Below are positions 1-11,694 of a stretch of 64,000 bases of DNA, piece after piece. The number at the start of each line of letters is the position of its first letter. Within the stretch, counting starts at the first letter, position 1. The notes beneath the pieces were generated by a model. It made no database searches. It saw only the letters and a list, made by a program, of their open reading frames with translations, and had not been told where the DNA came from. The translations under genes and the position numbers were made by a program. This DNA comes from Octopus vulgaris (Eukaryota): positions 38,316,001-38,380,000 of the forward strand of contig OX597818.1 of NCBI GenBank assembly GCA_951406725.2. The letters run 5' to 3'.

Positions 1-381
1 TCTTCCACCAGGATAATGCTTGGCCACATACAGTGAGGATGACATTCCAAAGACTGGAGCAACCTGAATGGGTAACGATGCACCACCCACCATATTCATC
101 AGGCATTGCCCCATCTGATTATAATTTATTCTGCAGTCTTCAAAATCATTTGGATGGTAAAAATATGAATTCTGTAGACAAGGTCCAAACAGTACTGGAG
201 GAATATATTTCATCACAGACAAATGAATTTTGAAAGAGGGGCCTTGCAAGTCTACCAGATAGATGGAAGAGCATTGTAGAAAATTAAGGAGAGTATATTT
301 TAGATTAAAAAGGAACTTCACTTTAATTTTGAAAAATAAAAAGAAGTATAAAAAAACTGCATCATTTATGGGACGACCCAA
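1..381 (+). mobile_element. 3' end of a decayed mariner (Tc1/mariner) transposon
   Basis: Translates to FHQDNAWPH...HPPYSSGIAPSDYNLF (mariner catalytic motifs). Ends in TIR-like TTTATGGGACGACCCAA followed by TA. Confidence 0.85.
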
Positions 382-1114
382 TATATGTGTGTGGGGGTGT
401 CTGTGTATTTGTTTGTCCCATAGCACTACCTGATAACCAGTGTTAGTTTGTTTTTGTCGTTGAAACTTATTGGTTTGATAAAAAAGACCAACAGAAGAGG
501 TACCAGGCTTAAGGCAAAATAAGTACTGGAGTCCCTTTGTTCGACTAAAACCCTACAAGATGGTGCTCCAGTATGGCCACAGTCCAATGACTGAAACAAG
601 TAAATGATAAAAGATAGTAAAAATAGATTGCATCATATGTAAACAAATATAAATTTGTTTTTGAAGCATTGAAATGTATAGTAGAATAAGTAGAAAGATA
701 TATTTCCAACGCATAAATACTGAACAGTGTATATGCAGGATAAAATCCTTTTAAGGGCAGAAAAAAATGCATCAAAAATATATCTACTTGTTCTATAATA
801 AAAATAGTCAAGAATAGTTTGAGTGATATTTGTTACAAGTCTTGATTACAGAAACTTGTATTTTCCTTTTGTAAAGTTGTATTGTCCAAGAACTAACTTG
901 ACTAAAAATAAATCCAAATTTTAGTAACACCCAAACAGTAAGTGTAATAGCTTCACTTTTAAAAGAGGTAATTTAAATTACATAAAATACACAGGAGAAA
1001 TAGGCTGGCTGTATCTTGCTAAATGAACTGTTATAGTGTTAAGAAAGTATATGTGACACCAAACCAAATCCTCAACCAAAGTTCAAAAGAAAGAAGTATG
1101 AAGAAATCAGTGGA

Positions 1115-1472
1115 CGCACCATTCAAGCATGATCGTTACTAGCATCGCCCTACTGGCACTTGTGCTGGTGGCATGTGGAAATACATTCAAGCGAGGTCAT
1201 TGCCAGTGCCGCTGGACTGGCTCCTGTGTAGGTAGCATGTAAAAAACACAATTTGAGTGTGGCTGCTGCCAGTACTGCCTAACTGGCCCTCGTAAAGCAT
1301 GTAAAAGCACCCACTACACTCTCAGAGTGGTTGGCATTAGGAAGGGCATCCAGCTGTAGAAACTCTGCCAGATCAGATTGGAGCCTGGTGCAGCCATATG
1401 GTTCACCAGTCCTCAGTCAAATCATCCAACCCATGCTAGCATGGAAAGCGGACATTAAATGATGATGATGAT
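1115..1472 (+). mobile_element. RTE LINE 3' UTR fragment
   Basis: Matches the 3' UTR of the RT-encoding copy at 11695-13619 (GGTTGGCRTTAGGAAGGGCATCCAGCTGTAG core) and ends in a (GAT)n tail. Confidence 0.85.
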
Positions 1473-1771
1473 GACATGAAGTTAAGACAAATAGAAACCT
1501 TCAAGTTTCAACCCTTTAGCATTTAAACTGGTCATATCTAGCCAAAATATTCTACCTGCTTTGTGTTCAAACTGGCCAATCTGGCCCCTCATACCTATCA
1601 TAAAATAAAGTATGTCATCAGAATCTCGAACCTACAAGAGAGTGCATGATTAATTCGAAACAATATGAATAAATAAGTATTACCTTTAACAGAATAATCT
1701 GATCTGAACCCTAAAAGTGGGTCACAAAAAAAAAAAAAATTAGTGAGTAAAATTTGGCAAAATCATCTTAC

Positions 1772-1921
1772 TTTTGATTCAACACGACGAAATGGAAGGA
1801 CAGTGTCTGCTGAGTCAGTTTTACTGGATTTACTGCTACTTGATGCCATTACAAAACTCTTACTGCTTTCCATTGTGTTTGTGAGTGAAGAAGACTTGAT
1901 AGGCTTTGGAGGTTTAGTGGC
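1772..1921 (-). CDS. INTS12: INTS12 coding exon 5 (gene continues beyond the left edge)
   Basis: tttcag acceptor and gtaag donor, 150 nt, phase 0/0. Encodes ATKPPKPIKSSS...VLPFRRVESK, resembling the Ser-rich region and FKR-x-E-x-K motif after the INTS12 PHD. Confidence 0.8.
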
Positions 1922-2019
1922 CTGAAATGTAAAGAGAAATTATAGTATAAAAACACCAATTCTAAATATATATATAAATACAATATATAAATATATATGT
2001 GGATGTGTCATGTTAGTAT

Positions 2020-2832
2020 GCATGTTTGATAGAGTGTAAGCATCTTGAGAGAAAAGTTAGGCATAAGAGGAATCAAATGTGATGTGCAAGGGAGACGACT
2101 GAGCTAGTATGGTCATGTGGCGCCTATGGACGAGGACAGCTGTGTAAAGAAGTGCTGATATTTAACTGTAGAGGGAACCTGTGGTAGAGGTAGACCCAGG
2201 AAGATATGGGATGAGGTGGTGAAGCATGATCTTCAAACTCTGAGCCTCACAAAGGCAATGACTGGTAACTGAGACCTTTGGCGATGTGCTGTACTTGAGA
2301 GGACCTGTCAAACCATGTGCACCTGTGCTGGTGGCACATAAAGTACATCCTTTGAATGTTGTGCAAAATGGCTGAGTTCCTTTGGAGCGTTGGGCCTGGC
2401 AGAGGCAAAGTGGCTGAGTTCCTTTCAAACGTCAGGCCTCACGAAAACAAAGTGGCTGAGTTCTTTTCAAGTGTTGGGCCCCACGGAGGCAATGACCAAG
2501 ACTTTTGGCATTATGTCATACTTGAGAAGAATACCCATCAAACCAAGCAAAACTGCAGTCATGGCAGATAACAATGTCACGCAAATTGGCACATAAATGC
2601 ACCCCAGTGTCACACAAATGGCACTCATGCCGGTAGCATGTAAAAGCACCCATTACACTCTCAGAGTGGTTGGTGTTAGGATGGACATCCAGCCATAGAA
2701 AACCATGCCAGATCAGACTGGAGTCTGGTGCAGCCGTCCAGTGTGCCTGCTCAGTAAAACCATCCGACCATCCAACCCATGCCAGCATGGACAACGAACG
2801 TTAAATGATGATGATGATGATGATGATGATGA
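2020..2832 (+). mobile_element. Decayed RTE LINE 3' portion (ORF C-terminus plus 3' UTR)
   Basis: Homologous to the 439-aa RT ORF C-terminus (EGTCGRGRPRKIWDEVVKHDL), followed by the UTR core and a (GAT)n tail. Confidence 0.85.
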
Positions 2833-3199
2833 TATAATTATCTATATATTATCGTCACTAATTGTGATTGAGGGTGCTGAAGCACCTGTATTGTAAGAAA
2901 TAAGAATTAAAAACTCTTAATGCTCTATGAAGCGCACAAGATATATACACTGACAAGGGAGATAACCACCAGATGAGTAATTCTAGGATCACTGGACTAG
3001 ACTAGTTTCAGACAATAAAAAAAAATTTTAAAGAGACATATACTAGGAAATAAATAACAATTAACAATACAGTAATACAGTACATATTCAGCACAATGAG
3101 AGCTATTGGAAAGAAAGAGAGACACTGTTAAGTAGATCATCATCATCATCAGTGTATGCTGCAAGAGTGAAACACTTATTCAAAGTTGTTTGAACTTTT

Positions 3200-4770
3200 C
3201 AACAGAGCATCTCTTTGTATATAGTTCATTATATGAAATGAGCTCATTTTGACTCTTTATGATTTCCTCAAATCTTATTTCCTTTGCTAGTGTCATGATA
3301 TTTTGCTGAACGTGATATAGAATTTCTGTTGAGTCATGGATCCAATCTGGTGCCCATATGTTTTGCCAAATACCATTCACAAATGAGGGTTTCATTTTAT
3401 CCCATCATTCAACTGTGTGATACACTGTATCATGTTGAGCTTTTACTAGAAGTCTCTAACTGTACATTTATTCTCCCTATAAATTGCTTTTAGGAATTAC
3501 TGCAAAGTTTGTCTTTCAAGTTAGCTATCAAACCTAGATCCATTGGCTGGAGTATTTTAAAGGATATATTTCCACTCTCACATTATCAGAAAGATCATTG
3601 AAGTTCACTGGTTGGCTTGGTGCATTGTCTAAAAGGAGCACTGTACCTTTTTTATTTTTTTTACAGCAGAGAAAAAAAAACAATTGCCAAACAGTTTTGG
3701 AACAAGCTTGTAGTCATCCAAGCCAAATGATTTGAAGGCCAAATCCCAGGTTGAGTAAACTTCACATAACTCTTGAAAGCTATTGGATTTTGGGAGTGAC
3801 ACACAAGAAGCAGGCTTTAATTTCACTTCTCCAAGTGGTATTTCCTACCACAAAATGTGTCAGACAATTTTGAATGTTTTAAAACCTGGTGTTGAGTTTT
3901 CTTCATCAGAAATGAATGTCCTTGTAGGCATGTCATCATCATCATCCTCATTTAATGTCTGCTTTCCAAGCTAGCTAGGGTTGGATGATTTGACTGAGGA
4001 CTAGCGAACCAGATGGCTGTGCCAGGCTTCAATCTTGATCTGGCAGAGTTTCTACAGCTGGATGCCCTTCCTAACACCAACCACTCCGAGAGTGTAGTGG
4101 GTGCTTTTACGTGCCACTGGCATGAGGTCCAGGCAGGCAGTACTGGCAACGGCCACGCTCAAATGGTGTTTTTTTACGTGCCACCTACACAGGAGCCAGT
4201 CCAGCGGCACTGGCAACAACCTCGCTCGAATGTTTTTTCACATGTCACCGGCACAAGTGCCAGTAAGGCAATGTAGGTAACGATCACACTCAAATGGTGC
4301 ATTTTATGTGCCACCAGCATAGAAACCAGTTAGCCACTCTGGCAACGATCACGCATGTACTTCTAGAAAATCTTAATTTTATCAATTTGTGCACTTCCAG
4401 TGTATAACCTCCTTCAACAATAATTTTCAGCATATCAGCACTGGCACCTTCACTGGTCATTTTAATGCTGTGCAAAAAGAAGCACTTCTTCAACCTTTTA
4501 AACCAGCCTTTACTGGGAAGAAATAATTTGCAACTAGCAATACAAACGTTTAGCTTTTGTTTAAATAACCATCATATTTATTAATATGTTAAGCCCAATC
4601 TGATTGTCAGTACACACACTTAAAAGATGTTCTGTTTTAAGTATCACTTCAGATATTTTTCGGAAACAAAAAAAATTATGTTGGAGTGTTTAACAGTGAA
4701 GCTGCTGGAACATTTGACCTAATTTTATCTGTATTGTCACATATTGTTCCCATTGTAGATGCCACAAATA
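3200..4770 (-). mobile_element. Decayed Tigger/pogo-like transposase, interrupted by an RTE 3' end at about 3933-4350
   Basis: Fragments ..GWFKRLKKCFFLHSIKMTSEGASAD.., ..LDNAPSQP..LQPMDLG.. and ..NGIWQNIW.. with stops and frameshifts. Boundaries approximate. Confidence 0.65.
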
Positions 4771-5149
4771 TTCAAGTTCGGCAAAAGAGACTGATAGAAT
4801 AAGTACTAGGCTTACAAAGAATAAGTCCTGGGGTCGATTTGCTCGATTAAAGGCGGTGCTCCAGCATGGTCGCAGTCAAATGACTGAAACAAGTAAAGAG
4901 TAAAGAGAGCATCTAAATAGCCTTTACAGGGTGCTGTTTGTGAACCACTGCTCTAACTAGATGCAACATGAAATGTCTTCAGCCACTTGTTTCTATAAGT
5001 GAATTGAAAGTAACTATCTGTACAATATAGTTAACAGGGAAAGTCAACGAGAGAGCCCTACACAGTGAGTGGTCAGCTAGCAGAAATAGCTACCAAATCT
5101 CAAGCTAATAAAAGCAGCCTTTGCACGGTCATTTGATCAATTAGAAATG

Positions 5150-5592
5150 GCGTGCCAGTGGCACTTAAAGGGCACCATTCGTGCGTGATCGTTACTGGCA
5201 CTTGTGCCTGTGCTAGTAGGGTGCCAAGAGCACCATCCGAGTGTGCTCGTTGCCAGAGCAACCAACTGGCTTCCATGCCAGTGGGCACGTAAAAGGGCAC
5301 CATTCGAGCGTGATCGTTACCAACGTCGCCTTACTGGCACCTGTGCTGGTGGCATGTGTAAAAGGATTCGAGAGAGGTCATTGCCAATACCGCCTGAGTG
5401 ACACCCGTGCCGGTGGCACGTAAAAAGCACCCACTACACTCTTGGAGTGGTTGGCGTTAGGAAGGGCATCCAGCAGTAGAAACTCTGCCAAATCAAGATT
5501 GGAGCCTGGTGCAGCCATCTGGTTCGCCAACCCTCAGTCAAAATCGTCCAACCCTTGCTAGCATGGAAAGCAGACGTTAAACAATGTTGATG
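5150..5592 (+). mobile_element. RTE LINE 3' UTR fragment
   Basis: Several GTGC-N-GGTGGCAC-RTAAAARCACC units, then the conserved core and a short TGA tail. Confidence 0.85.
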
Positions 5593-6028
5593 ATATATTG
5601 AAAAATGTAGTCCAAAGTACACAATATTTGAATAAAAATTGGGTTGGTCATGGCTAGAATATCTATGGTCATGACCCTGTTGGATCAGTGCTGACTTGAA
5701 TAAGGACTGGTTTCATTTCTCCTTTATGATTGATAGATTAGCATTAGGAACAGTATTTAGCCGTACATGCAATTGCCCTAACAAGCAAACTCTCACACCT
5801 ACATAATCATGAAAAATGCCTGTAAAACAAAAAAAAAAAAAATTTTTTTTTCTAAGGCAGGGAATATAAGGGAACTGAGAGATCAGACAGTTACAAAAGC
5901 TTTCAGCTATAATGGGCAAGCACAGGATGTAGCTTTGGAGATTCTGATGTGTATTCAAAATGTACAACATCTGCTATGGAGTGAAAAATGGTGTTGATAG
6001 TGGAAAATATGTGACAGATTAAGATTAA

Positions 6029-6251
6029 CCCTTTGGTGTTTAAGCCAGCCATATCTGGCCCAAATATCTTACATGTTTTTACATTCAAACTGGCCATATC
6101 TAGCCCCTCACACCTAACCTACATTGACATTCTAAGAATAAACTATCACACCATTGAAACTTCAAAGCTGTAAGATAATGTGTGATTAATTCAAAACAAT
6201 TTGAGTGACAAAAAGAATTACATTTAACAGAGTAATTTGAACACTAAAGGG
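6029..6251. mobile_element. piggyBac-type MITE
   Basis: TTAA|CCCTTT...AAAGGG|TTAA termini. A related partial copy lies near 1510-1715. Confidence 0.75.
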
Positions 6252-6383
6252 TTAAAAATCATCTGGAAAGAAATCCTGATGTCAAATCTCAGACTATTAA
6301 ACAAACATGCAAAATATGTTAGATGGGTTCATCAAAAATTTAGTATTGTGAAAGCTACGTTTAAGTGTAAGATGTATATAGAG

Positions 6384-6602
6384 CAGTGGTTTTCAACCAG
6401 GGTTCCACGGAACCTTAGGGTTCCACCAGTACAGTGCAGGGGTTCTGCAAGAAGTGACAAAACTGCTAAAATCGGCAGTAATTTTAAATTCTCCTGTGCA
6501 GATATGTGTGCATAAGTCTATTAAATTATTGCACAGGGGTTCCTCGAGCCAGTGGAATGTTTCCTTGGGGTTCCGCTCCGGCAAAAATGTTGAAAAGCAC
6601 TG
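6384..6602. mobile_element. hAT (Charlie-like) MITE
   Basis: TIRs CAGTGGTTTTCAAC / GTTGAAAAGCACTG with a perfect 8-bp TSD ATATAGAG (6376-6383, 6603-6610). Confidence 0.85.
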
Positions 6603-7689
6603 ATATAGAGGAAGCTGTAGGTGAGTGGTGTGAAAGTATTTTATGGGTTAGAAGATGTGTTGCATGGAGAAGGTAACTGTGGCTGAGTGACATACTAATG
6701 AGGATGGAAACATTGCTGAAATTGAAGGGAAAGTTGTGTACGGTATGTGTGAAGTGCTATAATTCATGGGAATAAGATATGGGTATGTGGAATAGCAGAA
6801 AGAGCTGGAAAGAATGGAAATAAAAATACTTCAGTGAATAAGCAAAATAATACTGAGAAAAAAGGTAGACAATGACTTGCAGAAGATGGTAAGAATAGAG
6901 GCAATTATGAATGTTCTGGTAAAATATAGGATGAGGTAGCTGGGTCATGTGATAAGGAAAGATGTTAATGACTGGGTGAGAGGTGCGACGGAAATGAATG
7001 TAGAAGAAAATAGAGGAAGTAGATCAAAAAGACATGGTGTGGAATGAATAAAGGAGAGCAGTTGGGTTGGTGAGGGGGAAGTAAAGGATGAGGCAAAAAA
7101 GAGAAATGTCATGAGACCCTCTAGGTTAACTTCAGCTTGGGAAATGTTATTCACAGTCCACAAACTCATATTTTGCAACAGTCATTCAAATGTCCTTCTG
7201 AATAAGGCAAACTCATGAGTGATACTCTACATGGTCACCCAATCAACTAGAAATAACAGCCAAAACTTCTTCAAATCATACCTCATCATCTAAAAAATTA
7301 GGAGGTCGAGGTGCTATTGTAGTGACAGACACACTATGTCTGGGAAAAAGATAATTGGTTGCTTGGTCATGGCTGGACTGCTTTGGCCATAGGTTACTCA
7401 ACTGAGACTGATCAAAGTCTAAACAACAACATCAGCTCAAACAACAACAACAACAGCTAAATCTCGTCCCCTATCACAATTCACCATCTTAAAAAAGAAA
7501 GTACACAGCAAATAATATAAAACCAGAGGTAAATGAGTTGATCATGGTTAGAATGCCTTAAAGCAGAGGTTTATGCAAGAATTGCTGACCTGGGGTTAGA
7601 GTCAATCAAAGCCATCTGCAAGAAATTTTGGTGCATAGAGTTTGTGAGGAAGTATATAAGAAGTACTGTTTCTGCTGCTGAGTGGTATA

Positions 7690-8204
7690 CCGTAAATCCT
7701 CGAGTATAGTCCGCATTTTTTTCCCAAAATTTAAAGGTCAAAATCCCTAATGCTTACTATATACGAGGTTAAAAATGAAAATTATTTTCTAAGCAATGTC
7801 CGAGTCTCTATTTGCTGTCTGGCTATGTTTATTCAGATGCATTTTGTGATGTTGGGCGTGAAAATACCTTAAGCTAAGCCTGAAAGCAATGAAACCATAA
7901 AAGAATCAACCATAACATGCAGTAAGCAACATTTATTAAACGTTATTAGTGTTACTTCTTTATTTTCTGCAAACAAAATGCACAAAAAAGCTACACGTTT
8001 GCATTATGTTATATATACAATAATAATAATAAAGGACATTACCGTATACATTTTTACAAACCAAGGACATTATATAGACCTCCTTGACTTAAGTTAGAGA
8101 AGGGGTGCGTATTATACACAAAGTTTAGGTTTTTCAGAGGTACAGCCCCCAAAAAATCCCCTGCGTATTATACTCAAGAGTGGACTATACTCGAGGATTT
8201 ACGG
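7690..8204. mobile_element. Tc1/mariner-superfamily (pogo/Tc2-like) MITE
   Basis: TIRs CCGTAAATCCTCGAGTATAGTCC / GGACTATACTCGAGGATTTACGG flanked by TA, with sub-terminal repeats. Confidence 0.85.
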
Positions 8205-8497
8205 TACTTAATACACTGCCCTGCTGCAAGCATCCAGGCCAAGCTGCTGATCTGTGAAAAAATTTTCCCCCTCTCCCACCATTCATAGAGGTCCTAAAAA
8301 GGGCCATAGGTAATACCATTCCTCTTCTGGCAAAGCCATTGAAGGAAAACAACATATAGTAAAAAAATCTTCTTTTTTTAATTTACAAAATAAAAACAAA
8401 AATATGTTTAAAGAAAACTTTTGGTCTTTGAAGACCAAAAGTTTTCTTTAAACATATTCTCCGAGTTTTCTTTCCCCCACATAATAAATTAACTCAC

Positions 8498-8590
8498 CAT
8501 TTTTTCTAGACTTTTTACACATCTTGTACAATACCACACAAACCTTGGGTCATTTACATCCTGTCCTATAACGGGTGGTTTGTGGCATTC
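8498..8590 (-). CDS. INTS12: INTS12 coding exon 4 (C-terminal half of the PHD finger)
   Basis: tag acceptor and gtgag donor, 93 nt. Encodes ECHKPPVIGQDVNDPRFVWYCTRCVKSLEKM, matching the INTS12 motif CHKP...NDPR-VWYC-RC. Confidence 0.95.
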
Positions 8591-9422
8591 CTATATAAAT
8601 AAATAAAAAATAAAAAGAACAATTAAACATGAAATAAAGCACACAAAAATAGATAAATAACATTAGAAAAGACATAAGTATACAGCAAGGCTTAAGATGG
8701 ATAAAGCTACTTAAAAAACAAGCATGAAGATTAAATACTGCAGTTGTCATGAATGGTGACAGATCACTAACTATTACAACTGTTTTTATTAATAGTCATG
8801 CCTGGAAAATATAAAGAAAAGGTTGAAAAAAATTTAATAATAATAACGCTTTCTACTATAGGTACAAGGCCTGAAATTGCAGGGGAGGGGCTAGTCAATT
8901 ACATCAACCCCAGTGCATAACTGGTACTCATTTTAGCAACCCTAAAAGTATGAAAGGCAAAGTCGACCTCATCGGAATTTGAACTCAAAGTGTAAAGACA
9001 GACAAAATACTGCAAAGCATTTTGACTGGCATGCTAACAATTCTGCTGCTGCTGCTGCCAACTAGCCCATTCCCCAGCAGCAGCCGGATTGCATTATTTC
9101 CTCTTTAATTGTTGGATACAGTGTAATAGTTTGTACATGTTATTATATGGTACTTGTATGATAGAGGAAATGAGACAAAGAATTTCCATCTGCCAACTAA
9201 ATATAAATGGTCCCACACTCCAATAAGGACTTCTAAATCAATTTAATACCTGTATGAGGTGCATAGTTGTGTAGTTTAAGAAGTCTGGTTCAGTGTCTAA
9301 TCCCAAAGCATGATACTTTGAACTGCGTCTTTTGGGGTAATCAATACTTTGTAAGTGGAATTTGAAATGTGCAGAAGCCTCTTGTGTTATATGTCTGTCT
9401 TCATGCCTACGTTTATAGTTAT

Positions 9423-9628
9423 TGGCAGAATCGTTAGCACGCCGGGTGAAATGCGTAGCCGTATTTCGTCTGCCGCTACGTTCTGAGTTCAAATTCCGCC
9501 GAGGTGGACTTTGCCTTTCATCCTTTCAGGGTCGATTAAATAAGTACCAGTTACGCATTGGGGTTGATATAATCGACTTAATCCGTTTGTCTGTCCTTGT
9601 TTGTCCCCTTGTGAGTAGTAAAGAAATA
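9423..9628 (+). mobile_element. tRNA-derived SINE, family A
   Basis: TGGCAGAATCGTTAG head, GAGTTCAAATTCC B-box and GTAAAGAAATA end. Further copies at about 8850-9045(-), 11193-11281, 15649-15846, 20127-20286, 22614-22834, 26528-26672(-), 46075-46290(-), 51185-51400 and 55392-55530. Confidence 0.8.
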
Positions 9629-10162
9629 GGTTATCTATGTATTCAGTTGTGTCCCTTTATGGGCAGACATGGTTGGCTAAAATGCTTTTCCCCAACATGG
9701 CACAATGATTGAAGCCATTCAAAAAATGAAGACAAATAGACTATAAAAAAGCAAATTACACCAAAAGATGAGTTGAAGGAATTTCATTTTGGTGCTACCA
9801 TTAAAAAAAAATGCATACCTTAAGTATAAGGATAAAAGCTAAGATAGCACAGAAAATGCCTGAAGAGTATGAAGGAAAAACATCCTGGATTTTCACAAAT
9901 ATATTATCAGTACCTGGATGGAAATAAATTATGAGCTAGAGCAGCGATTCTCAACCATTTTTTTTTTGCTTATGGACCCCTTTGATTCCTATTTTACTCA
10001 GGTGGGACCTCCAAGCCATTCTATGTTTAAAAACTCCTATAATTAGATATTAGGAATTGTGTAAAAAAAATTATTAAAATATCTTGTGTATTGTAGAAGT
10101 ATAAGCAATTTATTTCATATAGATTTTCAAAATTCATACGAACCCCAGTAAGCTAGAGAAAG

Positions 10163-10490
10163 GTGGAGGTGTGTGGCTTAGCACCATGATCGTAAGGTTG
10201 TGGTTTCGATTCCTGGACTGGGCGATGCGTTGTGTTCTTGAGCAAAACACTTCATTTCACGTTGCTCCAGTCCACTCAGCTGGCAAAAATGAGTAATGCT
10301 GCGATGGACTAGCGTCCCGTCCAGCTGGGGAACATATACGCCATAGAAACTGGGAAACTAAGCCCATGAGTCTGGCTAGGCTTTAAAAAGGGTGCAGCTG
10401 TGATGGACTGGCTGGGAGGAACACATACACCACAGAAACTGGGCCCATGAGCTTGGCTAGGCTTGAAAAGGGCAATGTTTATCGTTTTTT
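10163..10490 (+). mobile_element. tRNA-derived SINE with 14-bp TSD
   Basis: GTTTCGATTCC B-box and GCGATGGACT..CCCGTCCAG tail motif. Direct repeat TAAGCTAGAGAAAG at 10149-10162 and 10491-10504. Confidence 0.8.
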
Positions 10491-11694
10491 TAAGCTAGAG
10501 AAAGAGCATTGAGCTTCACAGATGCAAGGTAGCTGATGCCAGCAGTACATGAAAAGCACCTTTTGAGTATTGGGTCTCACAGAGGCAATGACAAATGACC
10601 ATGACCTTTGGCATTATGCCATGCTTGAGAAGACCCATCAAGACAAGTGAAATCGTAGACATGGCAGATATTGGTGTCACACAAATGGCACCCATGCCAG
10701 TGGCATGTAAAAGCACCCATTACACTCTCAGATTGGTTGGTATAAGGAAGGGCATACAGCTGCAGAAACTATGCCAAATCAGACTAGAGTCTGGTACAGC
10801 CTTCCAGCTTGCCAGCCCTGGTCAAGTCATCCAACTCATGCCAGCATGAACAACAGACATTAAATGTTGATGATGATGATGATGATGAAGAAATGCTGTT
10901 AAAATTCAATGTTCAATCAAACAAAACTATCAAAGCTAGTGACTTTAAAAGCAACTGTGCATGAAAAACCTTACTATGCTGCTGTTATAGCCTATTGTAT
11001 AGATGGTACATAACTCCTGGCTTTACTTATCTTTAAATGAAAAACAATGGTGAAGGCAATTATCCCATGTAGTTTTCTTGCCTACATTTATCAGAAAAGC
11101 GAATGGACAAAAGTGGTGTGAAACTAGGTAAGGAAAGTATGGTTACAACATCCAAGTGTCATTTGAAGAAACTACCATTACCAGAACGATTTATGGCAGC
11201 GAGCTGGCAGAAACATTAGCACGCTGGGTGAAATGCTTAGCAGTATTTCGTCTGCCGTTACGCTCTGTGTTCAAATTCCATGGAATCAGTAATGCAATGA
11301 ATGAATGGTACCAAAGATGACCTTCTCTTTGAAGTTGGCAATGTTGCAGAAACATCAAATAACAGTGATGATGATGTAGCTGACAGTAGTGATTGATATG
11401 TTGGTCATATTTAATAAACAATAAATTAAACACAAAGTTTTCGGCTATTTTTGGCTTTCTTGAATGGAATGTTGGAATGTTGAAAATCATTGTGGACAAT
11501 TTTTAGCAATCATGTTCAGTAGTTAATGCACAACTATTTTGTTCTAAATTTGAAAATACTTCAACAAAATAAATCTTTGGTATATGATCATAAATTGTAA
11601 AAAATTCTTCTCTTTTTTTTTTTGAGAAAATATACTTTGCTAATTATATGGTGTAACTTATCACCTGCAGCATCTTATGAGCAAGAATATATAT

